Source of the DNA: Heterodontus francisci
Lineage: Eukaryota
Assembly (NCBI RefSeq): GCF_036365525.1
Contig: NC_090378.1
Location: 124,667,593 to 124,731,592 of the forward strand
Direction of reading: 5' to 3'
Length of the DNA stretch: 64,000 nucleotides
Shown: positions 1 through 15,478 of the stretch, in pieces
Layout of the letters: every line of letters starts with the position of its first letter
How positions within the stretch are numbered: the first letter of the stretch is position 1
Notes under the pieces: generated by a model
The model's database searches: none
What the model was told of the DNA's origin: nothing
The model's input: the letters and a program-made list of their open reading frames with translations, nothing else
Position numbers and translations under genes: made by a program

Positions 1-855
1 TATAATGATGGACACACAGTCGCACCTCCTGTACTGACACATCCCACAGTTATACATCATATGTAAAAATGGACACACAGTCCCCCCTAGTGTACTGACA
101 CATCCCACAGTTATATATAATATATAATAATGGACTCAGAGTCCCACCTCCTGTACTGACACATCCCACAGATATACATAATATGTAAAAATGGACACAC
201 AGTCCCACCTCCTGTACTGACACATCCCACAGTTATATATAATATATAATAATGGACACACAGTCCCACCTCCTGTACTGACACATCCCACAGTTATATA
301 TAATATATAATAATGGACACACAGTCCCACCTCCTGCAATGACACATCCCACATTTATATATAATATATAATAATGGACGCACAGTCCCACATTCTGGAC
401 TGACACATCCCACAGTTATATATTATATATAATAATGGACACACAGTCCCACCTCCTTTACTGACACGTCCCACAGTTATATATAATATATAATAATGGA
501 CACACAGTCCCACCTCCTGTACTGACACGTACCACAGTTATATATAATATATAATAATGGACACACAGTCCCACCTCCAGTCAGGACACATTCCACAGTT
601 ATGTATAATATATTATAATGGACAGACCGTCCCACCTCCTGCACTGACACATCCCAAAGTTATGTATAATATATAATAATGGACACACAGTCCCACCTCC
701 GGTACTGACACGTCCCACAGTTATATATAATATATAATAATGGACACACATTCCCACCTCCTGCACTGCAACATCCCACAGTTATATATAATATATAATA
801 ATGGACACACAGTCCCACCTCCTGTACTGACACATCCCACAGTTATATATAATAT

Positions 856-864
856 ATAATAATG
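856..864 (+). other. Second empty paralogous LINE target site
   Basis: 642-864 matches 15265-15487 (cccaaagttatgt, ccggtact and cacattccc/gcactgcaac monomers). 865 onward matches 18358 onward at offset 17493 (tactaacac, cccatctcc, gactcat, tatacaa variants). Confidence 0.9.
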
Positions 865-1595
865 GACACACAGTCCCACCTCCTGCAATGACACATCCCA
901 CAGTTATATATAATATATAATAATGGACACACAGTCCCACATCCTGTACTGACACATCCCACAGTTATATATTATATATAATAATGGAAACAAAGTCCCA
1001 CCTCCTGTACTAACACATCCCACAGTTATATATAATAAATAATAATGGACACACAGTCCCATCTCCTGCACTGACACATCCCACAGTTATATATAATATA
1101 TAATAATGGACACACAGTCCCACCTCCTGTACTGACTCATCCCACAGTTATATATAATATATAATAATGGACACACAATCCCACCTCCTGTAATGACACA
1201 TCCCACAGTTATATACAATATATAATAATGGACACACAGTCCCACCTCCTGCAATGACACATCCCACAGTTATATATAATATATAATAATGGACACACAG
1301 TCCCACATCCTGTACTGACACATCCCACAGTTATATATTATATATAATAATGGAAACAAAGTCCCACCTCCTGTACTGACACATCCCACAGTTATATATA
1401 ATAAATAATAATGGACACACAGTCCCACCTCCTGCACTGACACATCCCACAGTTATATATAATATATAATAATGGACACACAGTCCCACCTCCTGTACTG
1501 ACACATCCCACAGTTATATATAATATATAATAATGGACACACAGTCCCACCTCCTGTACTGACACGTCCCACAGTGATATATAATATATAATAAT

Positions 1596-4393
1596 GGACA
1601 GACCGTCCCACCTCCTGTACTGACACATCCCACAGTTATATATAATATATTATAATTGACAGACAGTCCCACCTCCTGAACTGACATACCCCACAGTAAT
1701 ATACAATATATAATAATGGACACACAGTCCCACCTCCTCTCATGACATATCCCACAGTTATATATAATATATAATAATGGACACACCGTCCCACCTCCTT
1801 TACTGACACGTCCCACAGTTATATATAATATATATGAATGGACACACAGTCCCACCTTCTGTATGACACATCCCACAGTTATATATAATATATAATAATG
1901 GTCACACAGTCCCACCTCCTGTCCTGACACTTCCCACAATTATATATAATATATAATAATGGACACACTGTCCCACGTTCTGTATGACACTTCCCACAGT
2001 TATATACATTCTATAATAAAGGACACGCAGTCCCACCTCCTGTCCTGACACTTCCCTCAGTTATATATAATATATAATAATGGACACACAGTCCCACCTT
2101 CTGTATGACACATCCCACAGTTATATATAATAAATAATAATAGACACACAGTCCCACCTCCTGTACTGACACATCCCACAGTTATATATAATATATAATA
2201 ATGGACACACAGTCCCACATCCTGTACTGACACATCCCACAGTTATATATTATATATAATAATGGAAACAAAGTCCCACCTTCTGTATGACACATCCCAC
2301 AGTTATATATAATAAATAATAATAGACACACAGTCCCACCTCCTGTACTGACACATCCCACAGTTATAAATGATATATAATGATGGACACACAGTCGCAC
2401 CTCCTGTACTGACACATCCCACAGTTATACATCATATGTAAAAATGGACACACAGTCCCCCCTAGTGTACTGACACATCCCACAGTTATATATAATATAT
2501 AATAATGGACTCAGAGTCCCACCTCCTGTACTGACACATCCCACAGATATACATAATATGTAAAAATGGACACACAGTCCCACCTCCTGTACTGACACAT
2601 CCCACAGTTATATATAATATATAATAATGGACACACAGTCCCACCTCCTGTACTGACACATCCCACAGTTATATATAATATATAATAATGGACACACAGT
2701 CCCACCTCCTGCAATGACACATCCCACATTTATATATAATATATAATAATGGACGCACAGTCCCACATTCTGGACTGACACATCCCACAGTTATATATTA
2801 TATATAATAATGGACACACAGTCCCACCTCCTTTACTGACACGTCCCACAGTTATATATAATATATAATAATGGACACACAGTCCCACCTCCTGTACTGA
2901 CACGTACCACAGTTATATATAATATATAATAATGGACACACAGTCCCACCTCCAGTCAGGACACATTCCACAGTTATGTATAATATATTATAATGGACAG
3001 ACCGTCCCACCTCCTGTACTGACACATCCCACAGTTATATATAATATATTATAATTGACAGACAGTCCCACCTCCTGAACTGACATACCCCACAGTAATA
3101 TACAATATATAATAATGGACACACAGTCCCACCTCCTCTCATGACATATCCCACAGTTATATATAATATATAATAATGGACACACCGTCCCACCTCCTTT
3201 ACTGACACGTCCCACAGTTATATATAATATATATGAATGGACACACAGTCCCACCTTCTGTATGACACATCCCACAGTTATATATAATATATAATAATGG
3301 TCACACAGTCCCACCTCCTGTCCTGACACTTCCCACAATTATATATAATATATAATAATGGACACACTGTCCCACGTTCTGTATGACACTTCCCACAGTT
3401 ATATACATTCTATAATAAAGGACACGCAGTCCCACCTCCTGTCCTGACACTTCCCTCAGTTATATATAATATATAATAATGGACACACAGTCCCACCTTC
3501 TGTATGACACATCCCACAGTTATATATAATAAATAATAATAGACACACAGTCCCACCTCCTGTACTGACACATCCCACAGTTATATATAATATATAATAA
3601 TGGACACACAGTCCCACATCCTGTACTGACACATCCCACAGTTATATATTATATATAATAATGGAAACAAAGTCCCACCTTCTGTATGACACATCCCACA
3701 GTTATATATAATAAATAATAATAGACACACAGTCCCACCTCCTGTACTGACACATCCCACAGTTATAAATGATATATAATGATGGACACACAGTCGCACC
3801 TCCTGTACTGACACATCCCACAGTTATACATCATATGTAAAAATGGACACACAGTCCCCCCTAGTGTACTGACACATCCCACAGTTATATATAATATATA
3901 ATAATGGACTCAGAGTCCCACCTCCTGTACTGACACATCCCACAGATATACATAATATGTAAAAATGGACACACAGTCCCACCTCCTGTACTGACACATC
4001 CCACAGTTATATATAATATATAATAATGGACACACAGTCCCACCTCCTGTACTGACACATCCCACAGTTATATATAATATATAATAATGGACACACAGTC
4101 CCACCTCCTGCAATGACACATCCCACATTTATATATAATATATAATAATGGACGCACAGTCCCACATCCTGGACTGACACATCCCACAGTTATATATTAT
4201 ATATAATAATGGACACACAGTCCCACCTCCTTTACTGACACGTCCCACAGTTATATATAATATATAATAATGGACACACAGTCCCACCTCCTGTACTGAC
4301 ACGTCCCACAGTTATATATAATATATAATAATGGACACACAGTCCCACCTCCAGTCAGGACACATTCCACAGTTATGTATAATATATTATAAT
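1596..4393 (+). repeat. Higher-order repeat: 23-mer (1399 bp) x2
   Basis: ggacagaccgt at 1596 and 2995. 1399 = 23x61 - 4, matching four 60-bp ttctgtatgac monomers per unit. Confidence 0.9.
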
Positions 4394-6162
4394 GGACACA
4401 CAGTCCCACCTCCTGCACTGACATACCCCACAGTAATATATAATATATAATAATGGACACACAGTCCCACCTCCTGTAATGACATATCCCACAGTTATAT
4501 ATAATATATAATAATGGACACACAGTCCCACCTCCTGTACTGACACATCCCTCAGTTATATATAATATATAATAATGGACACACAGTCCCACCTCCTGTA
4601 CTGACACATCCCACAGTTATATATAATATATAATAATGGACACATAATCCCACCTCCTGTAATGACACATCCCACAGTTATATATAATATATAATAATGG
4701 ACACACAGTCCCACCTCCTGCAATGACACATCCCACAGTTATATATAATATATAATAATGGACACACAGTCCCACATCCTGTACTGACACATCCCACAGT
4801 TATATATTATATATAATAATGGAAACAAAGTCCCACCTCCTGTACTGACACATCCCACAATTATATATAATAAATAATAATGGACACACAGTCCCACCTC
4901 CTGCACTGACACATCCCACAGTTATATATAATATATAATAATGGACACACAGTCCCACCTCCTGTACTGACACATCCCACAGTTATATATAATATATAAT
5001 AATGGACACACAGTCCCACCTCCTGTACTGACACTTCCCACAGTGATATATAATATATAATAATGGACAGACCGTCCCACCTCCTGTACTGACACATCCC
5101 ACAGTTATATATAATATATTATAATTGACAGACAGTCCCACCTCCTGAACTGACATACCCCACAGTAATATACAATATATAATAATGGACACACAGTCCC
5201 ACCTCCTTTACTGACACGTCCCACAGTTATATATAATATATAATAATGGACACACAGTCCCACCTCCTGTACTGACACGTCCCACAGTTATATATAATAT
5301 ATAATAATGGACACACAGTCCCACCTCCAGTCAGGACACATTCCACAGTTATGTATAATATATTATAATGGACACACAGTCCCACCTCCTGCACTGACAT
5401 ACCCCACAGTAATATATAATATATAATAATGGACACACAGTCCCACCTCCTGTAATGACATATCCCACAGTTATATATAATATATAATAATGGACACACA
5501 GTCCCACCTCCTGTACTGACACATCCCTCAGTTATATATAATATATAATAATGGACACACAGTCCCACCTCCTGTACTGACACATCCCACAGTTATATAT
5601 AATATATAATAATGGACACATAATCCCACCTCCTGTAATGACACATCCCACAGTTATATATAATATATAATAATGGACACACAGTCCCACCTCCTGCAAT
5701 GACACATCCCACAGTTATATATAATATATAATAATGGACACACAGTCCCACATCCTGTACTGACACATCCCACAGTTATATATTATATATAATAATGGAA
5801 ACAAAGTCCCACCTCCTGTACTGACACATCCCACAATTATATATAATAAATAATAATGGACACACAGTCCCACCTCCTGCACTGACACATCCCACAGTTA
5901 TATATAATATATAATAATGGACACACAGTCCCACCTCCTGTACTGACACATCCCACAGTTATATATAATATATAATAATGGACACACAGTCCCACCTCCT
6001 GTACTGACACGTCCCACAGTGATATATAATATATAATAATGGACAGACCGTCCCACCTCCTGTACTGACACATCCCACAGTTATATATAATATATTATAA
6101 TTGACAGACAGTCCCACCTCCTGAACTGACATACCCCACAGTAATATACAATATATAATAAT
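4211..6162 (+). repeat. Higher-order repeat: 16-mer (976 bp) x2; ends approximate
   Basis: Identical ORF-track translations at 4251/5227 and near-identical ones at 4861/5837. 976 = 16x61. Confidence 0.85.
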
Positions 6163-7479
6163 GGACACACAGTCCCACCTCCTCTCATGACATATCCCAC
6201 AGTTATATATAATATATAATAATGGACACACCGTCCCACCTCCTTTACTGACACGTCCCACAGTTATATATAATATATATGAATGGACACACAGTCCCAC
6301 CTTCTGTATGACACATCCCACAGTTATATATAATATATAATAATGGTCACACAGTCCCACCTCCTGTCCTGACACTTCCCACAATTATATATAATATATA
6401 ATAATGGACACACTGTCCCACGTTCTGTATGACACTTCCCACAGTTATATACATTCTATAATAAAGGACACGCAGTCCCACCTCCTGTACTGACACTTCC
6501 CTCAGTTATATATAATATATAATAATGGACACACAGTCCCACCTTCTGTATGACACATCCCACAGTTATATATAATAAATAATAATAGACACACAGTCCC
6601 ACCTCCTGTACTGACACATCCCACAGTTATATATAATATATAATAATGGACACACAGTCCCACATCCTGTACTGACACATCCCACAGTTATATATTATAT
6701 ATAATAATGGAAACAAAGTCCCACCTTCTGTATGACACATCCCACAGTTATATATAATAAATAATAATAGACACACAGTCCCACCTCCTGTACTGACACA
6801 TCCCACAGTTATAAATGATATATAATGATGGACACACAGTCCCACCTCCTGTACTGACACATCCCACAGATATACATAATATGTAAAAATGGACACACAG
6901 TCCCACCTCCTGTACTGACACATCCCACAGTTATATATAATATATAATAATGGACACACAGTCCCACCTCCTGTACTGACACATCCCACAGTTATATATA
7001 ATATATAATAATGGACACACAGTCCCACCTCCTGCAATGACACATCCCACATTTATATCTCATAGATAAAAATGGATACACAGTCCCACCTCCTGTACTG
7101 ACATATCCCACAGTTATATATAATATATAATAATGGACACACAGTCCCACCTCCTGCACTGACATGTCCCACAGTTATATATAATATATAATAATGGACA
7201 CAGAGTCCAATCTTCTGTACTGACACGTCCCACAGTTGCATATAATATATTATAATGGACACACAGTCCCACCTCCTGTCCTGACATATCCCACAGTTAT
7301 ATATAATAGATAATAATGGACACACAGTCCCACCTCCTGCACTGACTAATCCCAGAGTTATATCTCATAGATAAAAATGGATACACAGTCCCACCTCCTG
7401 TACTGACATATCCCACAGTTATATATAATAAATAATAATGGACACACAGTCCCTCCTCCTGTACTGACACGTCCCACAG

Positions 7480-10280
7480 TTGTATATAATATATTATAAT
7501 GGACACACAGTCCCACCTCCTGTACTGACACATCCCACAGTTATGTATAATATATAATAATAGACACAGAGTCCCATCTTCTGTACTGACACGTCCCACA
7601 GTTGTATATAATATATTATAATGGACACACAGTCCCACCTCCTGTCCTGACATATCCCACAGTTATATATAATAAATAATAATGGACACACAGTCCCTCC
7701 TCCTGTACTGACACATCCCACAGTTATACATAATTTATAATAATGGACACACAGTCCCACCTCCTTCACTGACATATCCCACAGTTATATATAATATATA
7801 ATAATGGACACACAGTCCCACCTCCTATACTGACATATCCCGCTGCAATATATAATATATAATAATGGACATACAGACACACCTCCTGTACAGAAACATC
7901 CCACAGTTATATATAATATATAATAATGGACAGACAGTCCCACCTCCTGTACTGACACATCCCACAGTTATATATAATATATAATAATGGACACACAGTC
8001 CCAGTTCCTGTACTGACACATCCCACAGTTATATATAATATATAATAATGGACAGACAGTCCCACATCCTGTACTGACACATCCCACATTTATATATAAT
8101 ATGTAATAATGGACACACAGTCCCACCTCCTGCACTGACCATCCCACATTTATATATAATATATAATAATGGACACACAGTCCCACCTCCTGTACTGACA
8201 CATCCCACAGTTATATATAATATATAATAATGGACAGACAGTCCCACCTCCTGTACTGACACATCCCACAGTTATATATAATATATAATAATGGACACAC
8301 AGTCCCACCTCCTGTACTGACACATCCCACATTTATATATAATATGTAATAATGGACACACAGTCCCACCTCCTGCACTGACCATCCCACATTTATATAT
8401 AATATATAAAATTGGACACACAGTCCCTCCTCCTCTTCTGACATTTCCCTCAGTAATATATAATAAATAATAATGGACACACAGTCCCACCTCCTGTACT
8501 GACGCATCCCACAGTTATATATAATATATAATAATGGACACAGAGTCCCACCTCCTGTACTGACACATCCCACAGTTATATCTAATAGATAATAATGGAC
8601 ACACAGTCCCACCTCCTGTACTGACTATTGCCACAGTTATATCTAATAGATAATAATGGACACACAGTCCCACCTCCTGTACTGACACATCCCACACTTA
8701 TATATAATGTATAATAGTGGACACACAGTCCCAACTCCTGTAATGACATATCTCATAGTAATATATAATATATAATAATGGACACAAAGTCCCACCTCCT
8801 CGTCTGACATATCCCACACTAATATATAATAAATAATAATGGACACACAGTCCCAACTCCTTCACTGACACATCCCACAGTTATATATAATAAATAATAA
8901 TGGACACACAGTCCCTCCTCCTGTACTGACACATCCCACAGTTATGTATAATATATAATAATAGACACAGAGTCCCATCTTCTGTACTGACACGTCCCAC
9001 AGTTGTATATAATATATTATAATGGACACACAGTCCCACCTCCTGTCCTGACATATCCCACAGTTATATATAATAAATAATAATGGACACACAGTCCCTC
9101 CTCCTGTACTGACACATCCCACAGTTATACATAATTTATAATAATGGACACACAGTCCCACCTCCTTCACTGACATATCCCACAGTTATATATAATATAT
9201 AATAATGGACACACAGTCCCACCTCCTATACTGACATATCCCGCTGCAATATATAATATATAATAATGGACATACAGACACACCTCCTGTACAGAAACAT
9301 CCCACAGTTATATATAATATATAATAATGGACAGACAGTCCCACCTCCTGTACTGACACATCCCACAGTTATATATAATATATAATAATGGACACACAGT
9401 CCCAGTTCCTGTACTGACACATCCCACAGTTATATATAATATATAATAATGGACAGACAGTCCCACATCCTGTACTGACACATCCCACATTTATATATAA
9501 TATGTAATAATGGACACACAGTCCCACCTCCTGCACTGACCATCCCACATTTATATATAATATATAATAATGGACACACAGTCCCACCTCCTGTACTGAC
9601 ACATCCCACAGTTATATATAATATATAATAATGGACAGACAGTCCCACCTCCTGTACTGACACATCCCACAGTTATATATAATATATAATAATGGACACA
9701 CAGTCCCACCTCCTGTACTGACACATCCCACATTTATATATAATATGTAATAATGGACACACAGTCCCACCTCCTGCACTGACCATCCCACATTTATATA
9801 TAATATATAAAATTGGACACACAGTCCCTCCTCCTCTTCTGACATTTCCCTCAGTAATATATAATAAATAATAATGGACACACAGTCCCACCTCCTGTAC
9901 TGACGCATCCCACAGTTATATATAATATATAATAATGGACACAGAGTCCCACCTCCTGTACTGACACATCCCACAGTTATATCTAATAGATAATAATGGA
10001 CACACAGTCCCACCTCCTGTACTGACTATTGCCACAGTTATATCTAATAGATAATAATGGACACACAGTCCCACCTCCTGTACTGACACATCCCACACTT
10101 ATATATAATGTATAATAGTGGACACACAGTCCCAACTCCTGTAATGACATATCTCATAGTAATATATAATATATAATAATGGACACAAAGTCCCACCTCC
10201 TCGTCTGACATATCCCACACTAATATATAATAAATAATAATGGACACACAGTCCCAACTCCTTCACTGACACATCCCACA
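7480..10280 (+). repeat. Higher-order repeat: 23-mer (1401 bp) x2 in divergent domain; ends approximate
   Basis: Identical translations at 7825/9226, 8211/9612 and 8643/10044. 1401 = 23x61 - 2 (two 60-bp gaccatccc monomers). Confidence 0.88.
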
Positions 10281-11769
10281 GTTATATATAATATATAATA
10301 ATGGACACACAGTCCCACCTCCTGTACTGACACATCCCACAGTTATATATAATATATAATAATGGACACACAATCCCACCTCCTGTAATGACACATCCCA
10401 CAGTTATATATAATATATAATAATGGACACACAGTCCCACCTCCTGTAATGACACATCCCACAGTTATAAATAATATATAATAATGGACACACAGTCCCA
10501 CCTCCTGCACTGACACATCCCAAAGTTATGTATAATATATAATAATGGACACACAGTCCCACCTCCGGTACTGACACGTCCCACAGTTATATATAATATA
10601 TAATAAAGGACACACAGTCCCACCTCCTGCACTGCAACATCCCACAGTTATATATAATATATAATAATGGACACACAGTCCCACCTCCTGTACTGACACA
10701 TCCCACAGTTATATATAATATATAATAATGGAAACACAGTCCCACCTCCTGCAATGACACATCCCACAGTTATATATAATATATAATAATGGACACACAG
10801 TCCCACATCCTGTACTGACACATCCCACAGTTATATATTATATATAATAATGGACACACAGTCCCACCTCCTGCAATGACACATCCCACAGTTATATATA
10901 ATATATAATAATGGACACACATGCCCTCCTCCTATACTGACACATCCCACAGTTACATATAATATATAATTATGGACACAAGGTCAGAGATCCTGATCTG
11001 ACACATCCCACAGTTATATTTAATGTATAATAATGGACACACAGTCCCACCTCCTGTACCGACACATCCCACATTTATATATAATAGATAATAGTGGACA
11101 CACAGTCCCACCTCCTGTAATGACATATCTCACAGTAATATATAATATATAATAATGGACACACAGTCACTCCTCCTGCACAGACACATCCCACAGTTAT
11201 ATATAATATATAATAATGGACACACAGTCCCACCTCCTACGCTGATATATCCCGCTGTAATATATAATATATAATAATGGACACACAGACACAGCTCCTG
11301 TACAGAAACATCCCACAGTTTTATATAATATATAATAATGGACAGACAGTCCCACATCCTGTACTGACACATCCCACAGTTATAAATAATATATAATAAT
11401 GGACACACAGTCCCACCTCCTGCACTGACACATCCCACATTTATATATAATATGTAATAATGGACACACAGTCCCACCTCCTGCACTGACACATCCCACA
11501 ATTATATTTTTTTCAAAAATTGGACACACAGTCCCTCCTCCACTTCTGACATTTCCCTCAGTAATATATAATAAATAATAATGGACACAGAGTCCCATCT
11601 TCTGTACTGACACGTCCCACAGTTGTCTATAATATATTATAATGGACACAAAGTCCCACCTCCTTCACTGATATATCCCACAGTTATCTATAATATATAA
11701 TAATGGACACACAGTCCCACCTCCTATACTGACATATCCCACAGTTATATATAATATATAACAATGGAC

Positions 11770-12290
11770 AAACAGTCCCACCTCCTGTACTGACACATCC
11801 CACAGTTATGTATAATATATAATAATGGACACATAGTCCCACATCCTCTTCCGACATATCCCACAGTAATATATAATATATAATAATGGACACACAGTCC
11901 CACCTCCTGCACTGACACGTCCCACAGTTATATATTATATATAATAATGGACACACAATCCCACCTCCTGTAATGACACACCCCACAGTTATATATAATA
12001 TATAATAATGGACACACAGTCCCACCTCCTGTATTGACACATCCCACAGTTATATATAATATATAATAATGGACACATAGTCCCACATCCTCTTCCGACA
12101 TATCCCACAGTAATATATAATATATAATAATGGACACACAGTCCCACCTCCTGCACTGACACGTCCCACAGTTATATATTATATATAATAATGGACACAC
12201 AATCCCACCTCCTGTAATGACACACCCCACAGTTATATATAATATATAATAATGGACACACAGTCCCACCTCCTGTATTGACACGTCCCA
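11770..12290 (+). repeat. 4-mer (244 bp) tandem duplication; also at about 50970-51490
   Basis: catagtcccacatcctcttccgac at 11832 and 12076. Confidence 0.85.
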
Positions 12291-15200
12291 CATTTATATA
12301 TAATATATAATAATGGACACACAGTCCCACCTCCCGCACTGACACATCCCACAGTTATATATAATAAATAATAATGGACACACAGTCCCACCTCCTGTAC
12401 TGACACATCCCACAGTTATATATAATATATAATTATGGACACACAGTCCCACCTCCTGTACTGACACATCCCACAGTTATATATAATATATAATAATGGA
12501 CACATAGTCCCACCTCCTTTACTGACACATCCCACAGTTTTAGATAATATATAATAATGGACACACAGTCCCACCTCCTGTATTGACACATCCCACAGTT
12601 ATATATAATAAATAATAATGGACGCACATTCCCACCTCCTGTACTGACACATCCCACAGTTATATATAATATATAATAATGGACACACAGTCCCACCTCC
12701 TGTACTGACACATCCCACAGTTATATATAATATATAATAATGGACACACAGTCCCACCTCCTGTACTGACACATCCCACAGTTATATATAATATGTAAAA
12801 ATGGACACACAGTCCCACCTCCTGTACTGAAACATCCCACAGTTACATATAATATATAATAATGGACACACAGTCCAACCTCCTGTACTGACACATCCCA
12901 CAGTTATACATAATATGTAAAAATGGACACACAGTCCCACCTCCTGCAATGACACATCCCACAGTTATATGTTATATATTATAATGGACACACAGTCCCA
13001 CATCCTGTACTGACACATCCCACAGTTATATATTATATATAATAATGGACACACAGTCCGACCTCCTGTACTGACACGTCCGACAGTTATATATAATACA
13101 TAATAATGGACACACAGTCCCACCTCCAGTACGGACACATCCCACATTTATATATAATATATTATAATGGACACACAGTCCCACCTCCTGTAATGACACA
13201 TCCCACAGTTATATATAATATATAATAATGGACACACAGTCCCACCTCCTGTAATGACACATCCCACAGTTATATATAACATATAATAATGGACACACAG
13301 TCCCACCTCCTGTAATGACACATCCCACAGTTATATATAATATATAATAATGGACACACAGTCCCACCTCCTGCACTGACATACCCCTCAGTAATATATA
13401 ATATATAATAATGGACACACAGTCACACCTCCTGTAATTACATCTCCCACAGTTATATATAATATATAATAATGGACACATAGTCCCACCTCCTGTACTG
13501 ACACATCCCACAGTTTTAGATAATATATAATAATGGACACACAGTCCCACCTCCTGTATTGACACATCCCACAGTTATATATAATAAATAATAATGGACG
13601 CACAGTCCCACCTCCTGTACAGACACATCCCACAGTTATATATAATATATAATAATGGACACACAGTCCCACCTCCTGTACTGACACATCCCACAGTTAT
13701 ACATAATATGTAAAAATGGACACACCGTCCCACCTCCTGTACAGACACATCCCACAGTTATATATAATATATAATAATGGACACACAGTCCCACCTCCTG
13801 TACTGACACATCCCACAGTTTTAGATAATATATAATAATGGACACACAGTCACACCTCCTGTAATTACATCTCCCACAGTTATATATAATATATAATAAT
13901 GGACACATAGTCCCACCTCCTGTACTGACACATCCCACAGTTTTAGATAATATATAATAATGGACACACAGTCCCACCTCCTGTACTGACACATCCCACA
14001 GTTATACATAATATGTAAAAATGGACACACAGTCCCACCTCCTGTACTGACACATCCCACAGTTTTAGATAATATATAATAATGGACACAGAGTCACACC
14101 TCCTGTAATTACATCTCCCACAGTTATATATAATACATAATAATGGACACACAGTCCCACCTCCAGTACGGACACATCCCACATTTATATATAATATATT
14201 ATAATGGACACACAGTCCCACCTCCTGCACTGACATACCCCTCAGTAATATATAATATATAATAATGGACACACAGTCACACCTCCTGTAATTACATCTC
14301 CCACAGTTATATATAATATATAATAATGGACACACAGTCCCACCACCTGTACTGATACGTCCCACAGTTATATATAATATATAATAATGGACACACAGTC
14401 CCACCTCCTGTACTGACACAGCCCACAGTTATATATCATATATAATAATGGACACACAATCCCACCTCCTGTAATGACACAGCCCACAGTTATATATAAT
14501 ATATAATAATGGACACACAGTCCCACCACCTGTACTGACACAGCCCACAGTTATATATCATATATAATAATGGACACACAGTCCCACCTCCTGCACTGAC
14601 ACATCCCACAGTTATATATAATATATAATAATGGACACACAGTCCCACCTCCTGTAATGACACAGCCCACAGTTATATATAATATATAATAATGGACACA
14701 CAGTCCCACCTCCTGCAATGACACATCCCACAGTTATATATAATATATAATAATGGACACACAGTCCCACATCCTGTACTGACACATCCCACAGTTATAT
14801 ATTATATATAATAATGGAAACAAAGTCCCACCTCCTGTACTGACACATCCCACAGTTATATATAATAAATAATAATGGACACACAGTCCCAACTCCTTCA
14901 CTGACACATCCCACAGTTATATATAATATATAATAATGGACACACAGTCCCACCTCCTGTACTGACACATCCCACAGTTATATATAATATATAATAATGG
15001 ACACACAATCCCACCTCCTGTAATGACACATCCCACAGTTATATATAATATATAATAATGGACACACATTCCCACTTCCTGTACTGACACATCCCACAGT
15101 TATATATAATATATAATAATGGACACACAGTCCCACCTCCTGTACTGACACATCCCACAGTTATATATAATATATAATAATGGACACACAGTCCCACCTC

Positions 15201-15478
15201 CTGTACTGACACATCCCACAGTTATATATAATATATAATAATGGACACACAGTCCCACCTCCTGCACTGACACATCCCAAAGTTATGTATAATATATAAT
15301 AATGGACACACAGTCCCACCTCCGGTACTGACTCGTCCCACAGTTATATATAATATATAATAATGGACACACATTCCCACCTCCTGCACTGCAACATCCC
15401 ACAGTTATATATAATATATAATAATGGACACACAGTCCCACCTCCTGTACTGACACATCCCACAGTTATATATAATAT

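Noticed and set aside
200-235. Minus-strand CAGGAGGTGGG resembling the Jeffreys minisatellite core or Chi, and GTGGGA resembling an RBPJ site; also PRDM9 and G4 motifs
   Set aside because: The matches are short or partial. The consensus does not fit CCNCCNTNNCCNC or GTGGGAA, and there are only two GGG runs per monomer with long loops. No function is supportable.
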